The position numbers and the translations under genes are program-made. Positions 41,081-50,852 of a stretch of DNA of 64,000 nt are shown here, piece after piece. This stretch comes from Dehalococcoidia bacterium (lineage in GTDB: Bacteria; Chloroflexota; Dehalococcoidia; UBA6926), in NCBI GenBank assembly GCA_009841045.1, contig VXMO01000056.1:206-64205 (forward strand). Reading direction: 5' to 3'. Positions within the stretch are counted from its first letter, which is position 1, and every line of letters starts with the position of its first letter. Below the pieces are notes generated by a model. The model was not told where the DNA came from. It made no database searches and worked only from the letters and a program-made list of their open reading frames with translations.

Positions 41081-41713
41081 TCAGCGGCTCGCCTTCTTGC
41101 GCACGAGGACGATTCCGTCCGGAGCGCCGGGCGCGGAGCCGCGCACAAACAAAAGGTTGCGCTCCGCGTCCACGGCCACAACGAGACCACTCTTTTGCGT
41201 CGTTCGCTTATTGCCCATCTGACCGGCCATCTTGAGTCCCTTGCGAACCCGGCCGGGAGTTGTGCCGGCGCCAACGGAGCCCGGCGCGCGCCATCGGTCG
41301 CCCTGACCGTGCGTCTTGGGGCCGCCGCGGAAATGCCAGCGTTTGACGCCGCCCGCGAATCCCTTGCCCTTGGAGCGCGCCGTCAGATCAACCTGCTCCC
41401 CAACCTCAAATACCTGGTCCGCCGTCACAACGGTTCCAACCTCAGGCATATCGCCCTGCGCCCGCACCTCTCTCAGGTGGCGCAGCGGGCCGATGTTGTT
41501 CTTGGATAGGTGGCCAAGCCGCGGCCCATTCAGCTTTCGCTCCGGGACTGACTCGTAGCCGATCTGCACCGCGTCATAGCCGTCCGTTGCTGCGGATTTG
41601 ACCTGCGTCACCGTACATGGCCCCACGCGAATGGCGGTCACGGCGGACACCGTTCCATCCTCATGGATGTATTGCGTCATGCCGAGCTTGGTTCCCAATA
41701 GTGCGGAGAGCAT
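41081..41713 (-). CDS. rplC: 50S ribosomal protein L3
   Basis: LGTKLGMTQYI...SKGKGFAGGVKRWHFRGGPKTHGQ. Confidence 0.97.
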   Translation of the reverse strand: MLSALLGTKLGMTQYIHEDGTVSAVTAIRVGPCTVTQVKSAATDGYDAVQIGYESVPERKLNGPRLGHLSKNNIGPLRHLREVRAQGDMPEVGTVVTADQVFEVGEQVDLTARSKGKGFAGGVKRWHFRGGPKTHGQGDRWRAPGSVGAGTTPGRVRKGLKMAGQMGNKRTTQKSGLVVAVDAERNLLFVRGSAPGAPDGIVLVRKKASR

Positions 41714-41737
41714 GTCGGAAAATACCTGGAATGGTTC

Positions 41738-42058
41738 CTATGAGCTGATTTCGATGCTGACGCCGGCCGGCAGATCCAGGTGCGTCAGGGAGTCAATGGT
41801 GCGTGATGTCGGGTCGAGAATGTCGACGATTCGCTTGTGCGTCCGAATCTCAAACTGCTCCCGCGAGTCTTTATCGACGTGCGGGGAGCGGATCACAGTG
41901 AAGCGCTTGATGCGCGTCGGCAATGGGATTGGCCCGGATACCTGCGCGCCCGTCCCCTCTGCCGCCTCCACAATCTGCACGGCAGACGCATCCAGCAGGC
42001 GGTGATCAAACGCCTTCAGCGTGATGCGTATCTTCTGTCGCTGCCGTACCGTCGTCAT
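41738..42058 (-). CDS. rpsJ: 30S ribosomal protein S10
   Basis: [15 protein letters not shown]...[20 protein letters not shown]. Confidence 0.97.
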   Translation of the reverse strand: MTTVRQRQKIRITLKAFDHRLLDASAVQIVEAAEGTGAQVSGPIPLPTRIKRFTVIRSPHVDKDSREQFEIRTHKRIVDILDPTSRTIDSLTHLDLPAGVSIEISS

Positions 42059-42079
42059 CTTTCTTCCCTGTTGTTCCGT

Positions 42080-44173
42080 CTAGCGCGCACCGACGCTTGC
42101 CGGGCGCTTGGTGAGTGATTCCACCACCTGCTGCGGGACATGGCTGTAGTGATCGAACTCCATGCTGTAGCTTGCGCGTCCCTGCGTGGCGGAGCGCAGA
42201 GATGTAGCATACCCGAACATCTCCGCGAGGGGAACGAAAGCGGTGACAATTCCGAGGTCGCCGCGGCTCTCCATTCCCTGCACCTGCGCGCGTCGGCTCT
42301 GTAGATCTCCCATCACATCACCGATGGACTTCGCCGGTCCAACCACTTCAACCTTCATGATTGGCTCAAGGGCGACGGGCCGGGCGCGTTCGATAGCGGC
42401 CTTGAATCCCATCGACCCCGCCATCTTGAACGCCATCTCGGACGAATCCACCTCGTGGAAAGAGCCATCGTCGATGCTGATGCGGATGTCAACGATGGGG
42501 AATCCGGTCAACTGCCCGTTCTGCGCCGCCTCGCGGGCACCCTGCTCAACAGCCGGGATGTACTCGCGCGGCACCACACCGCCCACAATCTTGTTCACGA
42601 ACTCAATGCCGCTCCCCGGCTCCAGCGGTTCAACTTCAAGCCACACATGGCCGTACTGCCCGCGTCCACCCGTCTGCCTCACATAGCGGCCCTCTGCCCG
42701 CGCCGGGCGGGTGATGGTCTCGCGGTACGCCACCTGTGGGCGTCCGGTCCGCGCATCGACGCGGAACTCCCGCTTGAGTCGGTCGACGATGACTTCAATG
42801 TGGAGCTCACCCATGCCGGAGATGACGGTTTGACCGGTCTCCAGGTCATGTGACGAGCGGAACGTCGGGTCCTCTTGCCCCAGCTTGACCAGGGCATCCA
42901 CCAGCTTCTCCTCCTCCTCGCGTGTCTTTGGCTCAATTGCCACCGACACGACGGGCTCCGGGAAGCGGATGGATTCCAGCACGACGGGGCTGTTGACAGC
43001 GGAGATTGTATCGCCGGTGAAGGTGTCCTTGAGTCCGACGGCGGCGACAATGTTGCCTGCCGTCGCCTCCTCGAGCTCCTCTCGGTGGTTGGAATGCATC
43101 TGAATGAGGCGGCCCAGGCGTTCTCGTCCCTGTCTGCTCGAATTGAGCACCGTCGCCCCTGCCTTGCCCGTGCCGGAATAAACACGAAGATAAACGAGCC
43201 GACCCGCGAACGGATCGGTAACCACCTTGAACGCGAGAGCGGAGAACGGCTCGGACGGATCCGGGGCGCGCTCCATGGTGATTGACTCATCGCGAGGATC
43301 AGTTCCCTCTACGGGCGGCACGTCCAGAGGTGAGGGCAGGTAGTCGGTGATGGCGTCGATGAGAGGCTGTACGCCCTTGTTGCGGAGCGCCGTGCCGCAG
43401 AACACGGGATAGATGGCCATCTTGACCGTTCCGGCGCGCAGACCGCGACGAATCTCGTCTTCGGTCAACTCCTCCCCTTCGAGGTACTTGACCATCAACT
43501 CGTCGTCCTGCTCCGCCGCGCGTTCGATCATCGCGTCACGGTAGCGGGCCGCATCCTCGACTAACTCGGCCGGAATCGGCTGCTCTACCATGGTCGCGCC
43601 GTCGGCGTCCTCCCACGTGATGGCGACTTGCCGAATGAGATCGATGACGCCTTGGAAATCATCCTCCTTGCCCCACGGAATCTGAACGGGGACCGGGATG
43701 GCATTCAGGCGGACGTGAATCGAATCGATCGACGCGAAGAAGTCCGCGCCGATCTTGTCCATCTTGTTGACAAAAACAACGCGCGGCACGTGGTACCTGT
43801 CGGCCTGCCGCCAGACGGTCTCAGACTGTGGTTCGACGCCCGCGTTGGCGTCGAGAATAACAACGCCACCATCAAGAACGCGGAGGCTGCGCTCAACCTC
43901 CGCGGTGAAATCGACGTGACCGGGCGTGTCGATAATGTTGACCGTAAAGCCCTTCCAGTCCACGGTCGTCGCTGCGGAAACAATGGTAATGCCGCGTTCC
44001 TTCTCCTGCGGCATCCAGTCCATGACGGCCGTGCCCTCATCCACGGTGCCCAGCTTGTACGTCCGGCCCGTGAAATACAGCACGCGTTCAGACACCGTTG
44101 TCTTTCCGGCGTCGATATGCGCGATAAAGCCGATATTTCGAATCTTTGAGAGTGGTAAGTCGGTGGCCATCAC
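42080..44173 (-). CDS. fusA: Elongation factor G
   Basis: [28 protein letters not shown]. 697 aa. Confidence 0.97.
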   Translation of the reverse strand: MMATDLPLSKIRNIGFIAHIDAGKTTVSERVLYFTGRTYKLGTVDEGTAVMDWMPQEKERGITIVSAATTVDWKGFTVNIIDTPGHVDFTAEVERSLRVLDGGVVILDANAGVEPQSETVWRQADRYHVPRVVFVNKMDKIGADFFASIDSIHVRLNAIPVPVQIPWGKEDDFQGVIDLIRQVAITWEDADGATMVEQPIPAELVEDAARYRDAMIERAAEQDDELMVKYLEGEELTEDEIRRGLRAGTVKMAIYPVFCGTALRNKGVQPLIDAITDYLPSPLDVPPVEGTDPRDESITMERAPDPSEPFSALAFKVVTDPFAGRLVYLRVYSGTGKAGATVLNSSRQGRERLGRLIQMHSNHREELEEATAGNIVAAVGLKDTFTGDTISAVNSPVVLESIRFPEPVVSVAIEPKTREEEEKLVDALVKLGQEDPTFRSSHDLETGQTVISGMGELHIEVIVDRLKREFRVDARTGRPQVAYRETITRPARAEGRYVRQTGGRGQYGHVWLEVEPLEPGSGIEFVNKIVGGVVPREYIPAVEQGAREAAQNGQLTGFPIVDIRISIDDGSFHEVDSSEMAFKMAGSMGFKAAIERARPVALEPIMKVEVVGPAKSIGDVMGDLQSRRAQVQGMESRGDLGIVTAFVPLAEMFGYATSLRSATQGRASYSMEFDHYSHVPQQVVESLTKRPASVGAR

Positions 44174-44206
44174 TGTTTTCCCCTGCGCTATATCAAAGAG
44201 TCCGGA

Positions 44207-44674
44207 TCACCAACGGTAATGCGCAAAGGCTCGGTTAGCCTCCGCCATACGGTGCATCTCTTCACGGCGGCGAACAGCATTGCCTTGTCCCTGCGCCGCC
44301 TCCATAATCTCCGTCGTCAGCTTGTCGAGCATCGGGCGTCCCGTTCGCTGGCGAGCGGAATCGATGATCCACCGCATGGAGAGCGTCAGTCCCCGCTCTC
44401 CGCGCACCTCAACGGGCACTTGGTACGTCGCGCCGCCCACGCGTCGGGGCCGAACCTGAAGCAGCGGCGTCGCATTGCGTATCGCCCGTTCGAATGTTTC
44501 GATGGGGTCGTCCCCGTTGGATGCAATGTTTGCCAGCGCGCCATAGACAATGCTCCGCGCCGTGTTCTTCTTGCCACGCTGCATGACGCGATTGGTGAAT
44601 CGGGTCACCAACACACTTCCGTAGCGTGGGTCAGGTAGTATCGGACGCTTGATCGCCCGTCGACGTCGTGACAT
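44207..44674 (-). CDS. rpsG: 30S ribosomal protein S7
   Basis: MSRRRRAIKRPILPDPRYGS...AFAHYRW. ATG at 44674, 4 nt after the rpsL stop. Confidence 0.96.
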   Translation of the reverse strand: MSRRRRAIKRPILPDPRYGSVLVTRFTNRVMQRGKKNTARSIVYGALANIASNGDDPIETFERAIRNATPLLQVRPRRVGGATYQVPVEVRGERGLTLSMRWIIDSARQRTGRPMLDKLTTEIMEAAQGQGNAVRRREEMHRMAEANRAFAHYRW

Positions 44675-44678
44675 GGCG

Positions 44679-45089
44679 TTAGTTTCTCTTGGTGCCGTAC
44701 TTGCTGCGGCCCCGCTTGCGGCCATTCACGCCGCCGGAATCCAGAGCGCCGCGGATGATGTGATAGCGGACGCCCGGAAGGTCCTTCACTCGGCCCCCAC
44801 GGATGAGCACGGTGGAGTGTTCCTGCAGGTTGTGTCCCTCGCCTGGGATATAGGCAGTGACTTCAGTGCCGTTCGTCAACCGCACGCGGGCGATCTTGCG
44901 CAGCGCGGAGTTCGGCTTCTTGGGCGTCATTGTTCGGACCTGCGTGCAGACGCCCCGCTTCTGAGGCGACGGCTGGTTCCGCACAACCCTGTTGGTCAGC
45001 GCGTTATAGCTCACCTGTAAAGCGGGCGCCTTCGACTTGCTTCGCGGTCGCTTTCGACCCTTCCGTACCAACTGGTTGACTGTCGGCAT
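44679..45089 (-). CDS. rpsL: 30S ribosomal protein S12
   Basis: [13 protein letters not shown]...[14 protein letters not shown] at 45089 with the SD AGAGGA. The upstream in-frame 59 codons of the track ORF are 5' leader. Confidence 0.96.
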   Translation of the reverse strand: MPTVNQLVRKGRKRPRSKSKAPALQVSYNALTNRVVRNQPSPQKRGVCTQVRTMTPKKPNSALRKIARVRLTNGTEVTAYIPGEGHNLQEHSTVLIRGGRVKDLPGVRYHIIRGALDSGGVNGRKRGRSKYGTKRN

Positions 45090-45277
45090 CCCGTTACATT
45101 CCTCTTGCTCATGCCCAATGCGCGCACGCGCGGGCAAACACATTTTTCTGCTTCTCTTGGCTTCATATGCCCAATCCCACACCCATGATAGGCAAGGACT
45201 GAGACTATTCCCTCTATTCGTGTTGCCAAACACGAAAAACAGGCACAAGTACCCTGCGTCCCCCATAGGGGGCGCGA
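45090..45277 (-). promoter_or_regulatory. Long (~190 nt) structured 5' leader of the rpsL operon
   Basis: Lies between the predicted start site and the rpsL ATG. Contains hairpins GCGCCCCCUAUGGGGGACGC and CGUGUUuggcAACACG, and a duplicated AUUGGGCAU motif. Confidence 0.4.
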
Positions 45278-45283
45278 CTTCAA

Positions 45284-45312
45284 ATTGTAGGTAGGAACGA
45301 AATCGCTGTCAA
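45284..45312 (-). promoter_or_regulatory. Near-consensus sigma-70 promoter of the rpsL-led ribosomal operon
   Basis: Minus strand TTGACA-17 nt-TACAAT (plus-strand tgtcaa at 45307-45312, attgta at 45284-45289). Confidence 0.75.
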
Positions 45313-45324
45313 CAAAGCTGAACA

Positions 45325-45831
45325 CTAGCTATCGCTACTTAGCGACCCGTACCGTCCCCCATAGTGCAGTAATGGTCGATCAGCACTCGGACTCACGCCC
45401 GCTCCAACGACAGAGCCAACGTATATCGTGTGATCTCCCGCTTCGACGGTGTCCTCAACGCGACATTCCACATGAGCCAGACTGTCCTCCAAAAGTGGCG
45501 CGCCCGTTGCACCGTTTCGGTGGGGCAGGTTTTCAAGCCGGTGCGCCGCCTGTTGTTCGGGCGTGCCCTTGTGGGACAACTCGACAGCCAAACCTGCCTG
45601 TCCTTCGTGCAGGATGTTTATGGCAAAGACACCGCTCTCACGGATGAGCGCCTGGATATCCGATTCATGGTCGACGCAGACGAGAACCAGCTGTGGCTGC
45701 AATGAGACCGAGCAGACTGCGCTCATCGTTGTGCCGTGCACATCATCGCCTGCGCGAGTCGTGACGATGGTGACTCCGGTGGCAAGCCGACCCATCACGC
45801 GGCGGAACTCATCGGGGGTGATGTCCGGCAT
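45325..45831 (-). CDS. Flavin reductase-like (FMN-binding split-barrel) protein
   Basis: FRRVMGRLATGVTIVTT...GTTMSAVCSVSLQPQLVLVCV pattern of the flavin reductase domain family. Confidence 0.8.
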   Translation of the reverse strand: MPDITPDEFRRVMGRLATGVTIVTTRAGDDVHGTTMSAVCSVSLQPQLVLVCVDHESDIQALIRESGVFAINILHEGQAGLAVELSHKGTPEQQAAHRLENLPHRNGATGAPLLEDSLAHVECRVEDTVEAGDHTIYVGSVVGAGVSPSADRPLLHYGGRYGSLSSDS

Positions 45832-45865
45832 CGGAAACGTCTCCGTCCGGCTGCTCGGTATGGCG

Positions 45866-46717
45866 CTAGTCGCGCACGGCCACGATTTCGAGCCAGTTAC
45901 GGGGAACGAAAGATAGCTCCATATCGCGGAAAGTCTCGCGAATGGTGGCGCGCAGCACGTCGCTCGCTGTTTCTATCTGCACGCCCGGCAACGCCCCTTC
46001 CACGAAGTCTGAAAATGAGCAGATGGAGAGCCACCCCTCAATGGGCACCTCGATAGGAATAACGCGCTCATCGCGGATGCTGAAACCCGCGTCCGTCAGC
46101 AGTGCCTTGTATTCCTCCGGCGTCAACTGCTGTCGCGCCATGACCTTGTTCTTCACAGGGCTCAGACCGTGCTCCGACTTGAGCAGACGCAGCGAGCGCA
46201 TCATCCACCTGCGGTAGAACGGGTCTGTGCCCTCCACGATGGAGCCTGAATAGAAAGTGCTGTTGAATGCGAACAGGCCGCCGGGCTTCAGCGCGTCAGC
46301 GATTCCGGCAAGCACATCCGGCTTGTTGTCCACCAAGTGAAGAGCGTTGCAAAAAACAACGGCGTCAACAGGCTCCGAAAGGATATTTGAAAGGTCTTCC
46401 GCGCGGGCATTCTCAAAAGAGATTTCAGCATCCGTCACGTCCGTGAACTGCCGCCTCGCCTCATCCAGTGTCTCCGGCGACATATCAACACCCAGGATCC
46501 ATGCGTTGTCCCCACGCACCTTGTCCAGGATCTTGCGCGTGATCTCCCCGGGGCCGCACGCCAGGTCAATGACTCGATTTCCGGTCTGCAAGCCGATGAG
46601 ATCAACCAGCCGGGTGTTCTCTTCTTGATAGAAGGGCTGTCGGGCAAATGCGTTGAATGAATAATCGTCAGCCCCGGCTGTGGCGGAAGATGCGGACTGT
46701 GAGTGAGTCATGGTCAT
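45866..46717 (-). CDS. Class I SAM-dependent methyltransferase
   Basis: Motif I VIDLACGPG and post-I DMSPETL. Confidence 0.8.
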   Translation of the reverse strand: MTMTHSQSASSATAGADDYSFNAFARQPFYQEENTRLVDLIGLQTGNRVIDLACGPGEITRKILDKVRGDNAWILGVDMSPETLDEARRQFTDVTDAEISFENARAEDLSNILSEPVDAVVFCNALHLVDNKPDVLAGIADALKPGGLFAFNSTFYSGSIVEGTDPFYRRWMMRSLRLLKSEHGLSPVKNKVMARQQLTPEEYKALLTDAGFSIRDERVIPIEVPIEGWLSICSFSDFVEGALPGVQIETASDVLRATIRETFRDMELSFVPRNWLEIVAVRD

Positions 46718-46740
46718 TCGTCTCAGGCCATGAACTCGCG

Positions 46741-46914
46741 CTAATTGCGTCGGCGCCGCGCCTTGCGGGCCTTCAAGCGGGCTCGTTCCTGCTTGGAGAT
46801 GAAGTGACGCTTCTCTTTTGCCTGCCTCAGGATGCCCGAACGTTCAACCACGGAACGAAACCGCTTGATCAACTGCTCCTGGCTCTCACCTTCACGCAGG
46901 ACTACATACGTCAT
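46741..46914 (-). CDS. rpsU: 30S ribosomal protein S21 (not in the ORF track, 57 aa)
   Basis: Hand translation gives MTYVVLREGESQEQLIKRFRSVVERSGILRQAKEKRHFISKQERARLKARKARRRRN then TAG. SD GGAGG lies 11 nt upstream. Confidence 0.85.
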   Translation of the reverse strand: MTYVVLREGESQEQLIKRFRSVVERSGILRQAKEKRHFISKQERARLKARKARRRRN

Positions 46915-47044
46915 TCGCCACTTGCCTCCGTTTCAATTCCCAATCGATTCATCCGGCCGTGCCGCCGCTCAGCGCGCGTGGCACCCGTCCATTAATAGCA
47001 CAGTCTCAATAAGGAACGGGATGGACACGGGCCTCGCGGTGGAT

Positions 47045-47389
47045 TCAGTCGCGGAAACGGCTGGAGGGTGAGTTCCTCTGACGCGTGAAGCAGGTGGCGC
47101 AATAAACGGGGCGAATTCCACGCGGCTCGAACGGAACCTCAGTCTCGCGCCCGCACTCTGCGCACGTCGCAGGGTACATCTGCCGTCGAGGCCGATCTTG
47201 TTCCGCCGGCCCTGAATCTCGTGTCTCCCGGCGCCGCGCCATGTCCGCGCGGCGCACGACTCGGCAGGCATGGCACCTCTTTGGCTCGTTTTGGAAGCCA
47301 CGATCGGCATAGTATTGCTGTTCGCCCGCGGTAAAGACGTAATCATTGCCGCATTCGGAGCACGTCAGCGTGCGGTCGCTGTACGTCAT
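47045..47389 (-). CDS. Zinc-ribbon protein (N-terminal CxxC...FTAGEQ..Y...GF.NEP.RC..C module plus C-terminal CxxC-x17-CxxC)
   Basis: LTCSECGNDYVFTAGEQQYYADRGFQNEPKRCHACR and CAECGRETEVPFEPRGIRPVYCATC. Confidence 0.75.
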   Translation of the reverse strand: MTYSDRTLTCSECGNDYVFTAGEQQYYADRGFQNEPKRCHACRVVRRADMARRRETRDSGPAEQDRPRRQMYPATCAECGRETEVPFEPRGIRPVYCATCFTRQRNSPSSRFRD

Positions 47390-47560
47390 GACGGTCTCCC
47401 CCCACTCCCCGTTGGTCCCAGACAGGCACCGCGTGGACTATAGCACAAGTCCACTATGGACATAACACCTCAGTTCCCCTCCCCCACGTAGGGGAGAGTT
47501 AGGGGGGCGCCACTCAACATACACCCTATCCGCAGGTGAAGGAAGGTTCCGACAGGAAAT

Positions 47561-47833
47561 CTACATCCGGCTGATGCGATCAAAGAGGGCGGCGAAATTG
47601 ACGCCCCACCCGATGCCGGCTACCCGACCGGGAAAGATGCGCGGATCATTTGGGTTCCAATACGTTTCACGTACCTGCCGAAGGGTCGGCGGCCTGAGAT
47701 CGTAAGGCACGAAACCAAGCACGCGTCCATGCCATCGCTCACTGTCTGGACCCTTGCGTAGCTCCTCGTAAAGCACGGCAAGAATGACGACGACGGTGAG
47801 TACCTGAGTGAGTCTTCTTATCATGGACGCCAT
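47561..47833 (-). CDS. Small membrane protein, DUF5808-like
   Basis: N-terminal TM helix, then VPYDLRPPT...WNPNDPRIF...GIGWGVNF. The start abuts the upstream M16 peptidase stop. Confidence 0.65.
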   Translation of the reverse strand: MASMIRRLTQVLTVVVILAVLYEELRKGPDSERWHGRVLGFVPYDLRPPTLRQVRETYWNPNDPRIFPGRVAGIGWGVNFAALFDRISRM

Positions 47834-49117
47834 CTAACGCCCTTCGATGATGTTCCTGAATCTACGGTCGCTGCGATATGGCCCGACGACGGTAAGGCGA
47901 TACTGTTCAGGGTCGAAGATGCGCTGCGCAACACGCTGCACGTCATCCACGGTGATGCTGTCCAGCTGCTCAACAACCTCTTCAGGAGTCTCGATCTGTC
48001 CGAAGGTGATTTCCTGTCCGCCCAGCCAGCTTGATATGCTACGGGTGTCCTCAAGGCGCAGCAGCATTCGCCCTTTGGACAACTCCCGCGCCCGTTCCAG
48101 TTCGCTCTGTGTAATATCCTTCGTTGCCCGCTCCAGCTCCTTGATAACGGCCTCCAGTGCCTGCGGTCCCCGCGTAGGCACCGTTCCTGCGTACACAGCC
48201 ATCGCGCCCGTATCCTGCAGATACATCACATCCGTATCCACGTCGTACACGATGCCGAGGCGTTCACGCAGTTCAAGAAAGAGGCGGCAGGCCATGCCGT
48301 CACCGAGAATCGCGTTCAGCAGCCACAGGGCGCGGCGGTCCGGGTCATGCGCCGACATCCCCGGAAACATCAGGCATATGTTGGCCTGCTCCGTCTTGCG
48401 GTATTCCAGGGCGACGCGGCTCTCCGGCTGCTTGTCATCCACAGGCGGCATCGGGCGCGGATTCCCGCTCGGCCATGCCTCCAACAACTCCCCTACAACC
48501 TCCTCGATCTCCGCGTGCTCAATCTGCCCCGCCACTGCCAGCACCACTTGAGACGGATCATACTGTTCGTGCATGTAAGACATGATTGTGTCCCTCGACA
48601 GTTCGCGAACGCTGGATTCCGTCCCGGCTATGTCCCGGCCAAGCGGCTGATCTGGCCACATGATCTTGTCCGCCAAGTGGAATACACGCTGCACCGGTGA
48701 ATCGACCGATGTGTGAATCTCTTCGAGGATGACGTCGCGTTCCTTTTCGATTTCGTCAGCGGGGAACGTCGAGTTCAAGAGCATGTCCGACAGAATATCG
48801 ATTCCGATTGATAGATGAGGGCGAGCAACCCGCGCCCAATAAGTCGTCACCTCTCGGTCTGTGCTCGCATTCATGAAACCGCCCACGCGCTCGATGGTCT
48901 CGGACACGTCCTGTGCCAGCGGACGTCGTTCTGTGCCCTTGAAAAGGATGTGTTCCAAAAAGTGTGACGCGCCGGATTCATCCTCGTGTTCAAAGCGTGA
49001 GCCGGTTCCGACGTAGAAAGCGATGGACACGGCGCGAGTCGCGGGCATTGATGCCGTCAGCAACCGGATGCCGTTCGGTAGGACGGTTCGGGTGTATGGG
49101 GCAAGCGCTTCAGTCAT
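47834..49117 (-). CDS. M16-family zinc metallopeptidase (pitrilysin/insulinase-like)
   Basis: Inverted zinc motif HFLEH with downstream E (GASHFLEHILFKG). ATG at 49117 gives the typical N-terminus ...TVLPNGIRLLT. The track start at 49198 is GTG and overlaps the upstream gene. Confidence 0.88.
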   Translation of the reverse strand: MTEALAPYTRTVLPNGIRLLTASMPATRAVSIAFYVGTGSRFEHEDESGASHFLEHILFKGTERRPLAQDVSETIERVGGFMNASTDREVTTYWARVARPHLSIGIDILSDMLLNSTFPADEIEKERDVILEEIHTSVDSPVQRVFHLADKIMWPDQPLGRDIAGTESSVRELSRDTIMSYMHEQYDPSQVVLAVAGQIEHAEIEEVVGELLEAWPSGNPRPMPPVDDKQPESRVALEYRKTEQANICLMFPGMSAHDPDRRALWLLNAILGDGMACRLFLELRERLGIVYDVDTDVMYLQDTGAMAVYAGTVPTRGPQALEAVIKELERATKDITQSELERARELSKGRMLLRLEDTRSISSWLGGQEITFGQIETPEEVVEQLDSITVDDVQRVAQRIFDPEQYRLTVVGPYRSDRRFRNIIEGR

Positions 49118-49182
49118 CGTGTACCCGCCAATGGTAGTGGATGCCGGGAGCGCGTGCGTGTCACCGCTGCCCCGTGCGCCGG

Positions 49183-49827
49183 TCACGATTCCAGCCACAG
49201 CACATCGCCGTGCAGATCATCGGGATGCGGCTTGGCTGCGTACACTGCGTATTCTGCCTTGCTCGCGCCAATAGTCGTTCCCGGACCGTGTCCCGGGTAG
49301 ACGATCGTGTCATCCGGGCGAACGTACAACTTTGTCGTGATGTTCGTGATTTGTTCACGAAGGTCCTCAGGGCTTCGCGAATGTCCGGGCCCGCCTGGGA
49401 AAAGGGTATCTCCCGTAAACAGGTGTTGGCCCGTGATGAAGCACGCGCTGCCTGGCGTGTGCCCCGGCGTCGAGATAACTCTGAGGGGCGCCGTTCCAAT
49501 CTGAAGCGTGTCGCCATCTTCCAGCAGCAGAGTGGGAGTGACAGGCAGATCCCCTGCATCGCCCGGTGTCGTGGCGACGATCGCATTGGGCAGCGCAGCG
49601 GAAACCTCCTCCAACGCACCCCAATGATCGGAATGGCCGTGCGTGGTGAGGATGTAGAGAACGTCCATGCCTTCGACGGTGTCCAGGATTCGGTCAGCCT
49701 CCGCCGCCGCGTCGATGATCGCCGCTACGTTGCGCAGCGGATCCACGACGACGTAGAAGTTATTCCCCCAATTCCCGACCTCCATGCCGTAGATGCGCAG
49801 ATCCATCTCGCTGTGCGTCAGCGTCAT
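49183..49827 (-). CDS. MBL-fold hydrolase (glyoxalase II-like)
   Basis: TTHGHSDHWG motif. Confidence 0.85.
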   Translation of the reverse strand: MTLTHSEMDLRIYGMEVGNWGNNFYVVVDPLRNVAAIIDAAAEADRILDTVEGMDVLYILTTHGHSDHWGALEEVSAALPNAIVATTPGDAGDLPVTPTLLLEDGDTLQIGTAPLRVISTPGHTPGSACFITGQHLFTGDTLFPGGPGHSRSPEDLREQITNITTKLYVRPDDTIVYPGHGPGTTIGASKAEYAVYAAKPHPDDLHGDVLWLES

Positions 49828-49859
49828 TCTTGAAATCTCCCGTCAGTTCGCAACTTGCA

Positions 49860-49889
49860 TTGACACTCTTAACCGCGCTTTCTTAGGAT
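49860..49889 (+). promoter_or_regulatory. Candidate sigma-70 promoter for the 49957 gene
   Basis: TTGACA-18 nt-TAGGAT in the divergent intergenic region. Confidence 0.5.
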
Positions 49890-49956
49890 TCTTGCACGCC
49901 GTGACGAAAATTGCGCGTGTTCAGTTCGTCAATTCGTCGCAGTGTGGAGGGATCAC

Positions 49957-50799
49957 ATGACCACAGAAGTCGCCCCCGGCGTTGTCGGCATCACGCTGCG
50001 CCCCGATGATGACGACTCTCCTCATGTCTATTGGGTGCGGGGCGAGAACGGCGGCGTGCTCATCGACGCCGGCCACGGCGAGGTTGATGTCTCACGGCGC
50101 GTCATCGATGCCGTCAATGAACTCAGGGGAGACGACCCTGCTCCGGCCGTCCTCCTGATCACAGACCGCTTTGACGAACACAGTGGCGGCAGCGCAGCAC
50201 TAAGGGAAGCCTTCTCGGGAATCACAGTCCACGCCGGCGCGGGGGACGTGGATGCCATCAATGAATCTGTCGGCGAGGTCGTGGACGTTCCACTCACGGG
50301 CGGCGAAACGTTTGACATCAGTAACAACAAGACCATCCTTGCCATCGCTACGCCCGGCCATGTCGGCGGCAGCATGTGCTACCTGCTGCAACCGGACGGC
50401 GTCCTGTTCAGCGGTGACTGTGTCCTGAGCCGTGGCACAACTGCCGTTCATCTTGATCAGGGCGGCGACATGGCTGCCTACGTCGTGTCCTTGCAGAAAC
50501 TGGCCGACCAAAACGCCAATCTCCTGCTGTCTTTCCACGGCCCGCCCGTCACAGATCCTGCCGCCAAGCTCTCAGAGCTGATTGAGCATCGCAACTCCCG
50601 TGACCAATCAATCTTGGAATGTTTGCGCGATGGCGTGACGGAGGTGGACGAGATTCGTGAACGGCTCTATGGCGCGGCCAACCTTGAGGAATGGCGATGG
50701 AACGCCGCTCGTGAGCAGATCATTGCCCACCTCATCAAGCTGACTGGAGAGGGCCTGGCCGTTGAAGTCGATGCAGGCAACTCATATCGCCTAACCTAG
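49957..50799 (+). CDS. MBL-fold protein with a degenerate metal motif and a C-terminal helical domain
   Basis: ATG at 49957 preceded by GGAGG (6 nt spacing). TDRFDEHSGG sits where THxHxDHxGG is expected. Confidence 0.75.
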   Translation: MTTEVAPGVVGITLRPDDDDSPHVYWVRGENGGVLIDAGHGEVDVSRRVIDAVNELRGDDPAPAVLLITDRFDEHSGGSAALREAFSGITVHAGAGDVDAINESVGEVVDVPLTGGETFDISNNKTILAIATPGHVGGSMCYLLQPDGVLFSGDCVLSRGTTAVHLDQGGDMAAYVVSLQKLADQNANLLLSFHGPPVTDPAAKLSELIEHRNSRDQSILECLRDGVTEVDEIRERLYGAANLEEWRWNAAREQIIAHLIKLTGEGLAVEVDAGNSYRLT

Positions 50800-50852
50800 A
50801 CATAGGTCCATGTTTCGAAATTCAGAATTATTAATGAGAGGAACCCCCACGA

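Noticed and set aside
44679-45266. 195-aa version of rpsL and 209-aa version of rpsH (34771..35400); also the long versions of rplD, rplW, rplB, rpsG, rplM, rpiB and the M16 peptidase
   Set aside because: These are longest-ORF over-extensions. Conserved N-termini with SD sequences and operon-junction logic place the real starts downstream, as given in the features.
47430-47460. GTGGAC-N10-GTCCAC inverted repeat next to a TATAGT upstream of the zinc-ribbon gene, considered as an operator/promoter
   Set aside because: The -35 is poor and the arms are only 6 bp, so a chance occurrence is plausible.
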